A stretch of 63,614 bases of DNA, counting the filler, from Klebsormidium nitens (Eukaryota > Plantae > Klebsormidiophyceae): the NCBI GenBank assembly GCA_000708835.1. It is 6 parts of 6 records of this genome, joined end to end, with 100 filler letters (N's around TTAATTAATTAA, not from the genome) between each part and the next. Parts side by side here need not be neighbours in the genome. Positions count along the whole stretch, not along the records: positions 1 to 5,295 come from DF238435.1; positions 5,396 to 8,714 come from DF237118.1; positions 8,815 to 31,016 come from DF237898.1; 3 more parts are not named here. One strand, 5' to 3'. The notes under the pieces are model-generated. The model was given only the letters and a program-made list of their open reading frames with translations. It did not search any database and was not told the origin of the DNA. The translations under genes were made by a program, and so were the position numbers. This document shows, one piece after another, positions 1 through 12,799 of the stretch. Position 1 is the stretch's first letter. The number at the start of each line of letters is the position of its first letter.

Positions 1-3000
1 GCGATGCAACCGCACAACTTCCGTTGAAGCCCATTCATCTCTGAGGAAAAGCCAGGCAGATGGCCGCAACTGAACAGCTGCGATCGCCGGCTCAGCTTCA
101 AAGCATCTTAGTTACAGCGTCTGCGGACTACGTCGTGGCACCAGCGGGTCAGGGAACTTCCCAGAGTGCTTGAAGCTTTCCCCTTCGCATCTACGTCAGG
201 AAACTGAAGGAAAGAAGCTAACCGTTTAAACATTAAAAACAAGAACACCTGATGTTCAGTCAAAGGACAAACTCAGAAGCGAACCACTGATCTGTGCGGC
301 TTCCCTTCTCAAAAATCAGTAACCGTCAGATCATCAACAACTTAAAGCCTTGGCTTCGGTGCCATCGTGGGAGAGTGGCCGGAGGCCATCTCCCTGGTAC
401 ACTCATCATTGCCACACACGTCCGCCTCGGGTTTAAAGTTCAGCATTATCTACGGCTCAGGACAACACGCTGATCTGATCTGTTCGGTTTCCTTTTTTCA
501 GGTCATGAGACACCGAATCCGAATATCTGCCGACTTCGGCGAACTTACTTTTGCAAAGAAAATACGAGGAAGTATATAGCACCTTTTTCCCTGCCGCAAA
601 AGTTGGTTAACCTTCAAATACCAGCCGAAGATTGTTTCCGGAAGTACCTTTTGGTAGCAATTGGTTCCAAATTACGTAACCATCTAAGCAAAAAGACAGT
701 GATTGCGTTGCCGTACGGATGAGCAGATGATACAGGTTGAATGTAAGGCAGACACAAGGCGTTCTGGAATGAGCTTCGAAAGCTTAACATTTGTTGGCAG
801 CTCTTGAAATATGCAATGTATGTCGCTGCAAAAGAAGCATCTAAACTGACGGGAAACTGACTCGTGGCCTCGGCGCGCCTTTGGTATAGTTGTTTTGTGG
901 GCGGAGGAATTTTGATGCTGGCCAGCTCGTCTTTGGCACGTCATCCTCCTTACGGCTTCGACCTAGAAAAGGAGCTCACAATCTCAGCAGCAGAAAGGAC
1001 AGCTGCCAAGAGTCTCTGACCGCCATAAGGTCGCGCTAGAAGCTTCGACGGCGAAGCTGATCTCGCGAGGACGAGGAACATGTGTGTTTTCTCAAACCCG
1101 GAAACGAGAAAACAAAAGAGACGTGCATCGATTCTGGCCGACAGATCGTGCAACCTACCTCCCTTCTAAATCATTAAAGCGGCAAGCAGACGTGGCGGTC
1201 GTGCGCGAGGAAGTCGGTACGAGATCAGATCAGCATCCCGAAAGTTCGGACGTCAGAGGAGCGCACCGCGAAAAACTGCAGCCAGCCTGGACAGATGCAA
1301 CTGCGCGCTCGCGGAGCCGCGACTCGCTGCCGCGATTTTGCCGCAATGTCGAGCAATAAATGAGTCCGGAACACCAATTCAGGAGACTTGTCAGGCCTCG
1401 ATCCGCGCTTTTGATTGAGATTGGGTAAGCCAGAAATCAATCTTCGGTTTTCGTATATATTCTTTGCTCGATAACGAGATGAAGGACTTTTGAAAAGACT
1501 ACGGCCAGCTGTCACACTCCTTACCGATTTCAGGATGTATAAAGCTGCAAGCAATGACCGCCCAGATTAGGCACCAGCCTCCGAAGGAGATTCAAAAAAT
1601 GGATTTCGTTACTCGTTCTTGCTGAAGCCGGAATAGCAGGCTTGCCGCGCTGATCGACGACGAATCAGCAAATATGTCTCCAAATTCTATCTGCGAATCG
1701 TTGAAAAGTTCTCTCAAGTCGATCACGCGGTATACTGGCCGATAGAGAAGCTTGTAGTTCTTTTCAAGCACAAGAAATATTTTATCCGAGGCTATTCAAG
1801 TTAGAGTTCGGCTTCAAGACGAGCCGTGCAAAAGGCACCGGAAATTGCCGGTCAGACGCCGACAAGGATCCTCCCGAGTCAATATCACCAGTTGCATCGT
1901 AGCAGAACTGCGGATGGATAAAAGTTACGAGCTCTCCGACCCTCTAAGTTCTTCTACTGTTACTTTTGATACAGCAAGGGGAGACGTCATTGCCCAGCTT
2001 CAATTTCCTTCAAAGGCGCACTCTCTCGCAATCGTAGTTGTACGCCACAAATTTTTGGGGTTCAAAGGGAGAGACGAAGGATGCAATCTGCACAACCGTC
2101 TCCAAGAGCACTTGGCCAGCTTGGCCGGAAGTGTTTCAAGTCCAAAAACCGCGGAGCTGAAGCTTGCTGAGTTCCAGTGACCACATTCGGAGCTTTACAA
2201 TCTTTGATCCTGGACAGGATGTTGCACGCAGCGCATGACCGTACAGAGAAGTTGTAAGGCCGCGGCCAAAACTTCTGCGCAGCTAGCTGCCCAGCGAGTC
2301 TTCTATAGTGGCCGAAAACTATGCCCTGGAGCAGTCACCGCGAGTGAAATTACTATGTCATTTCGCTACGTTTCATAATTGTGTGCATGACGCATTTCCG
2401 AAATTTATTTTAGCGGCACGGGCATCATAGAGGTAATGGATTTCCTGTGGTGGTGATCCGCATACTACCGCCACGTATGCATTCATCATTGCCACTGCGC
2501 CTTCTACATCACTCAGCTTCGTCGCTTGTCGGAGCCCTCGGAGACCGATGCGGGACCGATGCGCCTAATGCATCAAAACTGACGCATGTACAAAATAAGG
2601 CAGTGGTACGTAGCACGGCAACAACCGAGAACAGTGGTTACCGATGGAAGATCATATCAGTGGCCCGCTTCCACAACTTTCCGGATGCTTTCAATCAAGA
2701 GCTCTCTTGCTTGCAGACGCCCACCATCTACACGAGCATCGTGGCCGGCGTCATTACACTCAGCCACGACCTCTGGCATGCTGCCATCGAGTTCATCATC
2801 ATTGCCACCAGCAGATCCAATAAGGCCTCGCCAACCTATAGTCTATATGTAATACGTGTGGCAGGATCATGCAGCGCATCAGGGATACTTCCGTTCCGTT
2901 TTCCAGCCGATCCTCAGGATCTTGCAGGGCCACACAAGCCTGATCAGGAAAGAAGAGGTAATGAGAACCCAATTGATTTTGAGAGAACGCACGTTTTGGG

Positions 3001-5339
3001 GAACCGGAGAAGTCCATTACCTAACTCAGGTGCTGAATTAAGTTGGAGGGTGAATCACAAAAGCAGAACATTCAGATCAAGACGTTTAAGCGAACTCAAC
3101 ACGGATGTTCAAGCGTCTCGCAATTCGAAGCGGCACCTTTCTTTACCTACCCCTTGGCAACTTGCCATGTTTGGGGAGAACAACTCATCATTGCCACAGC
3201 CCCGTACGCATGGGCCGCAATGCCAAACTGATTTACGGAAAGAGAGGCACTGGCTGAAAGACTCGCGCTACTCTGGCCAGAATCGGGTTGTTTGAAGTCC
3301 TGGCTTCTCACCACATCTCAAAGGATGAAAAGCAGCGGTGTAAAACAATCGGAGCCCACAAACGGGTTATGTCCTTTCAATTCGATCAATCCGAATCACC
3401 TGCAAATCTAGAATCTAAAAGCACAAGCGCCACGGACGCGCGCAATGAACATTTCAGCACGATCAGAGCCCAGAATCTTTGGTACTCAAAACAATTCGTT
3501 ATGCAGCTTCACGTCTTTGAACTCCCAGGATTCAAACTCTGCCAGCTGAAATGCTGCCAGCCTGGGCTTTCTTCACTGCCGCTTGCGCTTTGCAATCTTG
3601 CCGCTGCACTCGAGGAAGGCTTCGCAAGTCGCATATACTCGACTTGGTAAACGTAAACGTAAACGTGTCCGCAAACAATATTAGAGGAGAGTGTGACACC
3701 GTCGTCGATGTTCGTAGCGAATTCGACGTTGTTCCTTGGCAGGAAGCAGCAAGTGGCTACGTTGCACGGCTGAACGCTCAAATACGAAGCAGTGTTGTAA
3801 AAGTTCACGAAGGGAACTTGCATAGACGCATCTTTCCATGTGCGGCCATTAGGGAGTCTGGGTTCGTTCTTTGGGTATACTCCGGTACGTCAGCGGGGGA
3901 GCTCGGAGGGCGCCACAACCGTGGATCGGCTCCGCAAGCTTGACATCGGGGGCCTGTGGCGGAAAGCAACTTTTGCCTCCACCAATTGTCGACATGTCAT
4001 TGCCTTCCGGGAAGCGCATGCATGAACGGATCTTGCAGTAAAGATCGACGTGCGACCCAAAAGCTTGCTCTATGTGGTGTGAGATCTCGAAACAGAAGCA
4101 CCCCCAATCTTAGATCAATGTTAAATTGTCAATGAGCAACGGCCGATGCCGATGGAAGCTGTGGGCTGCAGCAAAGGTCAACTTCGGACTTGGATTTTGC
4201 GCGGCAACTTTGAGGCCTTTGAACCGGACGAACACGACGGATGGGATGCCTTGCTCAAAGCGCTCTCTCTATCATCACGGCGAGGACGGTCAACGAGTTC
4301 ATCTATTGAACGCGTCTTGCGGCCAAATTTCTGCTTTATCTGTCCAAGCGAGTGGAAAGGGAAGGTGGAACGATGATCATCTGACCATCGCGGGGCTCCA
4401 AAATCGCCTTCTACATGCGAGATCAGATGCCAGTGAAAGCGCGCTCGCTCCCATAATGACTCTGATTCAAGAAAGACGTACAGCTGTGTTGACATTGCCA
4501 ACACGGAAGCCTCATCATTGCCGAATCTCTTCTTTTTGACTTGAATAGTGGAGTTCCTCAAAACAATCCCCTCTCTACTAGGTGGCTAGCACCCAGCGTC
4601 CGGTCTAAGAAACGAATTTATTACCGAGGAAACAGGTTCCGTTAATCATGATTGTCATATGAGGCGCCGGCTGATAGTCTCATAGGAAAACGTGCTAAGC
4701 TGCTTTCGTATACGCAAGAATCGGACGGTTCTGGGCACAAAAAGCGAGGTCAACTTTGAAATTTCGAGAAGAGCGTGAGATCTAGCAGCGGTAGACAGCA
4801 AGAAGGGAGCCGTCGGCACCTGTGCTGATCGTGTATTATCAGCACTTGAAGATGTTGATAAGTACGGCATATAGGCAGATGATCAGACGATTGGTGTGGC
4901 AAATCGGATCTTGGATACGTTGGCATAAGCATCTGTAGCTCGTGAGGTTTACAATGTGAGTAATCGCATTATGGCAATCTGTTATTCTTGACGCCAATGA
5001 ACGCGGGCTCGGCCTGCCGACGAGACCACATATGGGCAATGAAAAGCTGGCCCATTTGCTGGCCGCCTCAGCCTCGACACGTAAACCTCCACACAGCCCG
5101 CAAGTCAGGTTCGCATCTTGGCAACAGGATGGAGGTCGTAATGGCATCGATTGCAACGCTTATTAGAATCTGAGCTCATCGAGAATTCGCCCAAGTGATC
5201 GGACCCGTAAGGACAAGGAGCCTATGTTAAAGGTATACATCAAGAGAGGGCCAACCTGCCAAATCCTGCTGCCTCTCAAGTCCGGTTCCTCGAGANNNNN
5301 NNNNNNNNNNNNNNNNNNNNNNNNNNNNNNNNNNNNNNN

Positions 5340-5351
5340 TTAATTAATTAA
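5340..5351. other. Artificial gap linker TTAATTAATTAA (44 N + 12 nt + 44 N); same linker at 8759-8770, 31061-31072, 58996-59007, 61294-61305
   Basis: Identical palindromic 12-mer centred in five 100-bp N gaps; gives stops in all six frames. Confidence 0.95.
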
Positions 5352-5510
5352 NNNNNNNNNNNNNNNNNNNNNNNNNNNNNNNNNNNNNNNNNNNNGCGCG
5401 CGCCCAGGGAGCCGGACGGGCCAGGGGCGGCGGGGAGTGCGCCAGCGCGCGCGCCCAGGGAGCCGGACGGGCTAGGGGTAGCCGGCGGAGCGGGGCGTGC
5501 GCAAGAGCGC

Positions 5511-8500
5511 GTGCCCAGAACAGCGGACGGCGGAGGGGCAGCCGGCACAGGGGACGGTGCAGGGGCAACCGGGGCAGCCGGGCAAATTCGACCAGGGCAA
5601 AATGGGATTGGGAGACCGGTGGGGCAGAGCCAACCGGCCAAGGAAAAGGGGACGGGAGGGCCCGCAGCGGAGAAGTGTCGGGGATGGTTGGTTGGGAGCC
5701 AGCTGACGTTGGAGGAGCAGGGGTATGCGGCGTCAGTGGCAGAGGCGAACCGGGACGTGTTTGCAAACAGTCTGGAGGAGATCGGGGAGTTCAAATTGTT
5801 CGAGGTAGAGCTGACGTTAAAGTCGGACAAGCCCATTTTCGAGCGGCGAAGAAAGCACAGCGTCAAGGAGTGGGAGCTTATAGACCAGCGGTGCGCGGAG
5901 CTAGAGGCGGCGGGGATCATCGAGGAGACGGACAGTGATTTCGCTGCGAACTCGGTGCTAGCTGCAAAGAAAGATCCGGAGGGGAATTGGAAGCTAGATC
6001 GGTTCTGCACAGATCTGCGCAGGGTTAACTTGGAGACGGCGCAGGATCGCTACCCGATGCCACTGCCGGAAGAGGTGCTGGAAGCGTTGGGGCATGCGAA
6101 GTTCTACTCGACAATCGACATTAGGGGGGCGTTTCATCAGTTGGTGGTGAAGAAGGAGGACAGGCGAAAGCTGGCGTTCTGGGGGTCCACCAAGCTGTAC
6201 TGCTGGAAGCGGTGTCCGTTCGGGGCGCGCAACCCCAGCGCGTGGTTCCAGCGGGCGATCGACAGGACGTTGCGGGGGTTGGAGGCGTTTTGGGAGCTTC
6301 ATCGACGACGTGCTGGTGGCTGGAGGGGAGACGCTGGAGGAGCATATGGCGCTGGTGCAGCGGGTCTTGGATCGGCTGAGGGAGGTGGGGCTCAAATGTC
6401 ACCCCGACAAGTGCTGCTTCGGGGCAGACTCGGTCGAGTACCTCGGGATGTGGCTGCGCCCAGGCAAGGTGTCGCCAGTTGTGGCCAAGGTGGCGGCGAT
6501 TGAGGCTCTGCCAAGGCCCACAGACGTCACGTCCGTCAAGGCGTTTAACGGGGTGGTGAACTACTACCGGAGGTTCATTCCGGAGTGCAGCAGGGTGCAG
6601 GGGCCGCTCAACGACCTGACGAAGAAGGAGGTGCAGTGGCGCTGGGGCGAAGAGCAGGAGGGGGCGTTCCTGGCGCTCAAGAAGGCGCTGCAGAACGAGC
6701 CCGTGTTGGCCCTGCCGGTGCGGGGGCGCAAGTTCAAGGTGCGTTGCGACTGGAGCAAGAAAGGGGTAGGCGGGGTCCTGCTGCAGGCTGATGAGCAGGG
6801 GGTGGACAGGGTGATTGCGTATGGTAGCCGCAGCTGCAACCCGGCGGAGTCGCGGTACAGCAGCTTCGAGGGGGAGCTACTCGCGGCGGTCTACTTCGTG
6901 CGGCTGTGGCGGAACTACCTGTACGGGGAGCAGTTCACGCTGGAGAGCGACCACAGGCCGCTCAAGTGGATTCTCACCAACACGAAGCTCACCGGCAAGC
7001 TCGCTCGCTGGGCCATGATGCTGAGTGAGTTCGACATGGAAGTCGACCACACCCCCGGGGAGGAGAACGAGATGGACTGCCTCAGCCGCTACCCCCAGCA
7101 GTCGGACGAGGACACAGCGGGGGTCCGGCAAGAGGGGGATTTAGGGGAGGTGCTGGCGCCCTGCTGGTCGGCAGCTGCTGCGCTGGCGTGGGCCCCGACA
7201 GACTCTCCCGGGCAGGACGGAAGTCGGCGAGTGGTGGCGCGGCCCGCAGTGGACGTCTGGGAGGACGCAGCTGTCTTGTCGCTGCTGCGGACAGGACGCG
7301 TTTCAGCGGAGGCGACAGTTTGGGCCGCAGCTGGCGGCGCGCCAGGAGCGCGCGCGCAAGCGCCAGGTGGCGCCCCAGCTAGGGACGCGCCAGGTGGCGT
7401 CGCAGCCGTTCGCGCGCCAGGAGCGCGCGCGCTGGCGCCAGGTGGCGACGCAGGTGGCGGCGCGCCAAGAGTGCGCGCGCAAGCGCCAGACGGCGCCGCA
7501 GCTGGGGGCGTGCCAGGCGGCGTCGCAGCTGGTGGTGCGCCAGGAGCTTGCGCGCCAGCGCCAGGTGGCGCTGCAACTCGGGCCGTACCAGGACTGCGCG
7601 CGCCAGCGCCAGGTGGCGCCGCAGCTGGAGGCGCGCCAGGAGCGCGCCAGCTGGCGCCAGGTGTCATAGCAGCGGGGCGCGCGCAGGCGGGATGTTCCCC
7701 GGGGGAGCGGGATCGGGTGCAGCACCGGGCGCGCAGCTTCGAGTGGCGGCGAGATCACCTCGTGCACAGGGGAGCAAACGGGGAAGTGCGGGTAGTCCCG
7801 CGGCCGGCGGAGAGGGAGGCGCTGATTCGGGACGTGCACGAGAAATGCGGGCACTTTGGGGTCAAGAAGACAGGGTCCCTGCTCAGCCCTCACTACTGGT
7901 GGGTGGGGCTGGCGGCGGACGTTCAGCGGGTGGTGCGCCGGTGCGAGGCGTGCGATCGGGTGAGGGCGGCCTTCAACGCGGTTAATCCTGTGTTGCAGCC
8001 CCTCCCGATCAAGGGCCTGTTTTATCGTTGGGGGCTAGACTTTGCAGGCCCGTTGCCCAAGTCAAGCCGGGGGAACCAATTCGTGCTTGTCATGGTTGAG
8101 CACTTCAGCAAGCACGTGGTATTCGTGCCCACAGCTGACAAAGAAGCGCAGACGGTGGCGGAGGCGTTCACCCGGGAAGTGCTGACAACGTTTGGGGCAT
8201 GCGCTGAAATAGTGACGGACCGGGGGGGAGAGTTCGGGGGTGTCTTCCAGGAGCTGCTCGACCGGTCTCACATAGACCACCGGTCGACCTCGTCTCACCA
8301 CCCGCAGGCAAACGGGCTCAGCGAGCGCATAGTTGGGGTGGTCAAAGGGGCGTTGCGCAAGTGGTGCCTTGGGCACGCAGCGGAGCAATGGGACGTGTAC
8401 CTGCCCTGGGTCGCAATGGGGTACAGGTTCAGCGCGCAGGCGTCTCTCGGGGGGTTCTCCCCGTACATGCTGCTCTTCGGACGGGAACCGGTGTTGCCAG

Positions 8501-8714
8501 GGACAGTGTGCGCAGCGCTGGAGGAGCCCCTGGATCTCGATCGGCCCGACAGGTTGCGGGCGCTGGTGGCAGAGCGTGCCGCGCTGTTCCGGAAGTGGGT
8601 TCCCATGGCCATGGGAAACCTGCAGATCGCGCAGCACCGCGACACGCTGCGGTACGCCAAGACCCGCAGTGGCGCATGGAAGCCCCAAATCCTCAGGTAC
8701 GCGGTTGGTGACTA
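5511..8714 (+). CDS. Gypsy Pol polyprotein with one apparent +1 frameshift at about 6288-6291
   Basis: ORFs 5511..6503 and 6310..8766 join into one Pol if a single T is removed from TTTT (gcg ttt ggg agc ttc atc gac gac = AFGSFIDD). Confidence 0.85.
7324..7680 (+). repeat. In-frame degenerate GC-rich tandem repeat (GCGCCAGG-rich) encoding Gly/Ala/Pro repeats between RNase H and integrase
   Basis: Translation GAPGARAQAPGGAPARDAPGGVAAVRAPGARALAPGG... lies within ORF 6310..8766. Confidence 0.9.
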
Positions 8715-8814
8715 NNNNNNNNNNNNNNNNNNNNNNNNNNNNNNNNNNNNNNNNNNNNTTAATTAATTAANNNNNNNNNNNNNNNNNNNNNNNNNNNNNN
8801 NNNNNNNNNNNNNN

Positions 8815-10460
8815 ATGCTGCAATTCGATCAGTCCAGAGCTGCAGGAATTCTCTTACCTGCTCGGTCCCTGTCGATATGAAAACAACCCTTTGTTGGGCC
8901 GTGCAGCTCGCAGTAGTACCGGATGTTGCCTCCATTTTTGCTTCCCCGGAGCCCCCATTCTGCTGTCAGGTCGCACTCATGGCAAACGATCGCATGTGGG
9001 TCTGGAAAAGAGATAAAGGCAAACCTGGGAATCAAGGCCGCTCACACGTGATACAAAGACCGGCCATGCCATCAACTTCAGAAACTTTACAATGAGTGAC
9101 CTATTGATACCAAGTAAAGAAGCGGCCAGCACTTGGTTGACTTTCCTGCCATGCCATCAACTTCTGGCACTGAACCAGGAAATGGCCCATTGATTTCTCA
9201 AGAAACAAACGGCCATTTCTTGGTACACTTCCTACTTCAACTTCTTGCGCCCTTCTCATGTTTCAAGGCACGCCCAGCCACGACTACAACTTCTGGCTTT
9301 GTACCAGGAAATGATCCTTCGGAGTCTCTGACTTTGAAAAATAACGGGTCAGAATCTGGTACACTTATGCGCACGGCCAGCTATTCTGCTGGTCGACGTT
9401 GATGATTGTTCATCAACCTAATGTTCTAAATAAAAAGAAGCAAACTCACCACGTTCCGCAGCGCAATCCACAGCTTCTCTGAGCGCTCGCGCGTCCTGCC
9501 ACTTGGCTTTCCGATCCGCAGCGCTGCAGCGCGCGCATGCTGGAACCTCTCGAGCCGGCTTCCCCGCATGCTTTAATCCCTTCGACCTTTGACANNNNNN
9601 NNNNNNNNNNNNNNATGCTGCAATGAGAAAAGGGCACGATCAGTCCAGAGCTGCAGGAGCTGCAGCCATGCCAAGTCCTGCGTGATCCAAGGTCAACCTT
9701 GCCTCCTCTTGCACACAAGCGGGGTGTGTGCGTCTTCTCTTACCTGCTCGGTCCCTGTCGATATGGAAACAACCCTTTGTTGGGCCGTGCAGCTCGCAGT
9801 AGTACCGGATGTTGCCTCCATTTTTGCTTCCCCTGAGCCCCCATTCTGCTGTCAGGTCGCACTCATGGCAAACGATCGCATGTGGGTCTGGAAAAGAGAT
9901 AAAGGCAAATCTGGGAATCAAGGCCGCTCACACGTGCCATGCCATCAACTTCAGAAACTCTACAAAGAGTGACCTATTGATACCAAGTAAAGAAGCGGCC
10001 AGCACTTGGTTGACTTTCCTGCCATGCCATCGACTTCTGGCACTGAACCAGGAAATGGCCCATTGATATCTCAAGAAACAAACGGCCATTTCTTGGTACA
10101 CTTCAACTTCTTGCGCCCTTCTCATGTTTCAAGGCACGCCCAGCCACGACTACAACTTCTGGCTTTGTACCAGGAAATGATCCTTCAGAGTCTCTGACTT
10201 TGAAAAATAACGGGTCAGAATCTGGTACACTTATGCGCACGGCCAGCCATTCTGCTGGTCGATGTTGATGAAAGATCATCAACCCAATGTTCTAAATAAA
10301 AAGAAGCAAACTCACCACGTTCCGCAGCGCAATTCACAGCTTCTCTGAGCGCTCGCGCGTCCTGCCACTTGGCTTTCTGATCCGCAGCGCGGCAGCGTTT
10401 GCATGCTGGAACCTCTCGAGCCGGCTTCCCCGCATGCTTTAATCCCTTCGACCTTTGACA
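8815..10460 (-). repeat. Tandem duplication (8815-9594 and 9615-10460) of a degenerate minus-strand gene segment with Cys/His motifs
   Basis: Near-identical copies with substitutions and indels; both encode VCHECDLTAEWGLRGSKNGGNIRYYCELHGPTKGCFHIDR. Confidence 0.85.
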
Positions 10461-11125
10461 CCGCCGGCGGCGAGGGGCAGGGATGTCATCGCTTCGTGCA
10501 TTGACAGCAGCGATCAAAATCTCTTGCCTTTCTGCACTTATTGAGATGCGCTCCCTATACTCTGCAGCGCGCACAAAGCGCGCAGCCTTGCAAACCCTGT
10601 GATCAGACTTGGACCTGCCACAAGGCCGGCTTCCTTGCCATTTTCAATTGAGCAGAACCTCCGCTGGTCACAGCAACAATCACACAAAAAGCGAGGGCTA
10701 ATTTGCCCACACTGATGAAGCGCTTGATGGCTTGAAAAACCCTTGCGACGCGCTTAAGTAACAATCACAAGCGAGGGCATGGCAGACACGCTGGCCCTTG
10801 ATGTCGAGAGTACACCAAGTATGGAACTTGAAAGGCCGTCAGTCTGCCCTAAGTAAATACACTTGGCGCTTGCGGCTTGTTTGCAGTTCCGGTTTGCTGG
10901 TGAAGTCGAGCGCTAGCTATGTGATTGGTGGAGGTTGCATTGCTTAGTTTTTAGGTAGAATAGCAGGCAGGTGTTGAAGGTTTGAGGTTGAGTGTATCGT
11001 CTATTGCCTGTTCATCTCGTCTTCCTTCTAAGCGTGAATGGAATCTACAGCTGCAAGGTTTGCTCTTGCCTCGTAATTCCAGAGCTTCGTTCTCACAAAA
11101 CAATGGCTTACCTGTTGAGAGGAAC

Positions 11126-12799
11126 ATGGCTGGCCAGGCCCTGGGACCGCTGAATCCCTACCAGGTGATTGGACCTGAGCAAGTCAGGATTCAATCCCCA
11201 ACCCCGTTGCAGCAGAGACACAAACCAACCAACGCAGAGGTCGCCGAGCAAGTGATGCATAGTCACCGGGTCAAGAAATTGAAGGGTGAGTGTCCCTCAT
11301 AAGCAATAGAGCAGGTGGTACTTCAGCTTTTCATATGGTTCCCCTTTTGACTAACACACTGTCAACTTATAGTGTCGTCCTGGATTGCTTGATCTGCCTT
11401 TTCAAGTTCCTGACAGCGTTTCTACAGTTGGCGAAGGTGCCGGTGCTGCTGTCTGTGTTGTCTCCCTTGTCAACTTGCGCATTGGCCTGTTGGAAAAGCA
11501 GGCACGTTTCAAGATTGGATTGCAAAATCCACAACTAGATTGTCTTGCGATGACTTCATCTATAAGTTGTAGCTGGTGTTTGAAATCAGGTTCTGTACTT
11601 TGGTGCATTTTCAGATGTTGTTGCTACTGCGTCTGCAGCTTTTGGCACCGTCCTTTTCTGTAACTCTGCACAACTTTTTTTGAATATTTTCCGGAAACAT
11701 CACAGTAAGTTCGATCATAGTTTCTGCCTCACAGCTGGCTCTGCTGCTTTTTGGTGCTGCTGCCTGTTCAGGTTACCGCCGCGAAAGCTAGATGTTTTCT
11801 CGAACGCTTCGATCATCTGATCTACGCTCTCCATCTCTTCAAATGTATGTGTTTCTATTCCTGCTTCTCAAAAATTTCTTCGTTGCAAACACACATGGTC
11901 ATTTGTGAGAGGGGAGCTTCTTACGGATGGTCATCTGATGACAGCTCAACTATCTCATCTGAATCAACAGACTGCTGGACGGTGAAGTTACTTCATTTCA
12001 TTTATAATCTTTTCCATGGTCTACCTTGTGATTGATTGAATGCATCTTCCTTGCAGATAGTCAAGGGGCAGGGGTGGTTACGATTACTGACGCAGACGTT
12101 GCGGAGGCTGGGAAGAGCAAATTCAGAGTCCTGGAGGCTGGTATGTGATTGCAGCCCTCCGCCAGCATCGCATCTTGCTCGGGACAACAAGTGCTTGATG
12201 CCAGTTTCGACCTCCCACTTTTAATGCTGGTTTCGTTCTCAAGATCAACTTCAGTCTGGTTATCAGAGGTGGTCTTTCCAAGTACTTGAGTGCTGCAGCA
12301 AATGGTGTTTAGAACAAAGAGGGAATCTTTCAGGGGATGACGTGCCGTTCTGCTCAGGTATGATTATCAGAGGAAGGGCATTTGCACGGGAACGTTTCTG
12401 CGACTTGATCGTACTCTGTATGCTGCAGCTGCAGGGCCATCACTGGCCGACCTGAATCGCTCCATGGACGAGATGAAAGCGAATCTGAAGGCAGGGCTGG
12501 AGGAGATACGGATGCAGAGCACCAACACGCGAATCTGCATGTACAACAGCCAAGCAAGAAGGCCTGAGCACCAATTGCGCCCGCTCGTCGTTCAGAAAGC
12601 TGGAGGGCCGCAGAATCTCGGTGACGTGCCGACCATGATGCCGGGGGGAATCTTCCCGCATGTTCTTGATGACCTTTCCAATATTACCGCCCCACAGCTT
12701 GTCCAGTTGCGCACGTTTTTTCATGAGGACTTTGGCATCCAGCCCGGCGAGACGCACGCGGAAAAGGTGTTCAAGTTCCGGTTGTTTATAGGCTGTTAG
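11126..12799 (+). CDS. Mug135-like (MUG2_C-type C-terminal domain) protein; predicted exons 11126-11285, 12057-12140, 12429-12799
   Basis: GT-AG sites with compatible phase 1. The C-terminus YNSQARRPEHQLRPL..G..FP..LDDLSNITAPQLVQLRTFFHEDFG..KVFKFRLFIGC fits my recollection of the Mug135-like consensus. Confidence 0.65.

Larger units (their letters stand above)
5396..8714 (+). mobile_element. Ty3/gypsy LTR retrotransposon pol region (RT-RNase H-integrase), cut by gaps at both ends
   Basis: Order RT-RH-INT. RT: RFCTDLRRVN, YPMP, YSTIDIRGAFHQ, PFGARNPSAWFQRAI, FIDD. RH: CDWS, EGELLA, ESDH, DCLSR. INT: HEKCGH..CEAC, WGLDF, IVTDRG, GLSER. Confidence 0.96.

Noticed and set aside
1-5295. ORFs such as 2447..3295, 3551..3943 and 4146..4376, and exon-like pieces (DHAAHQGYFRSVFQPILRIL..)
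   Set aside because: No recognisable domain and no consistent splice model; possibly decayed genes but not supportable
7089-7985. Overlapping alternative-frame and antisense ORFs in the GC-rich repeat
   Set aside because: Shadows of the stop-poor repeat inside Pol
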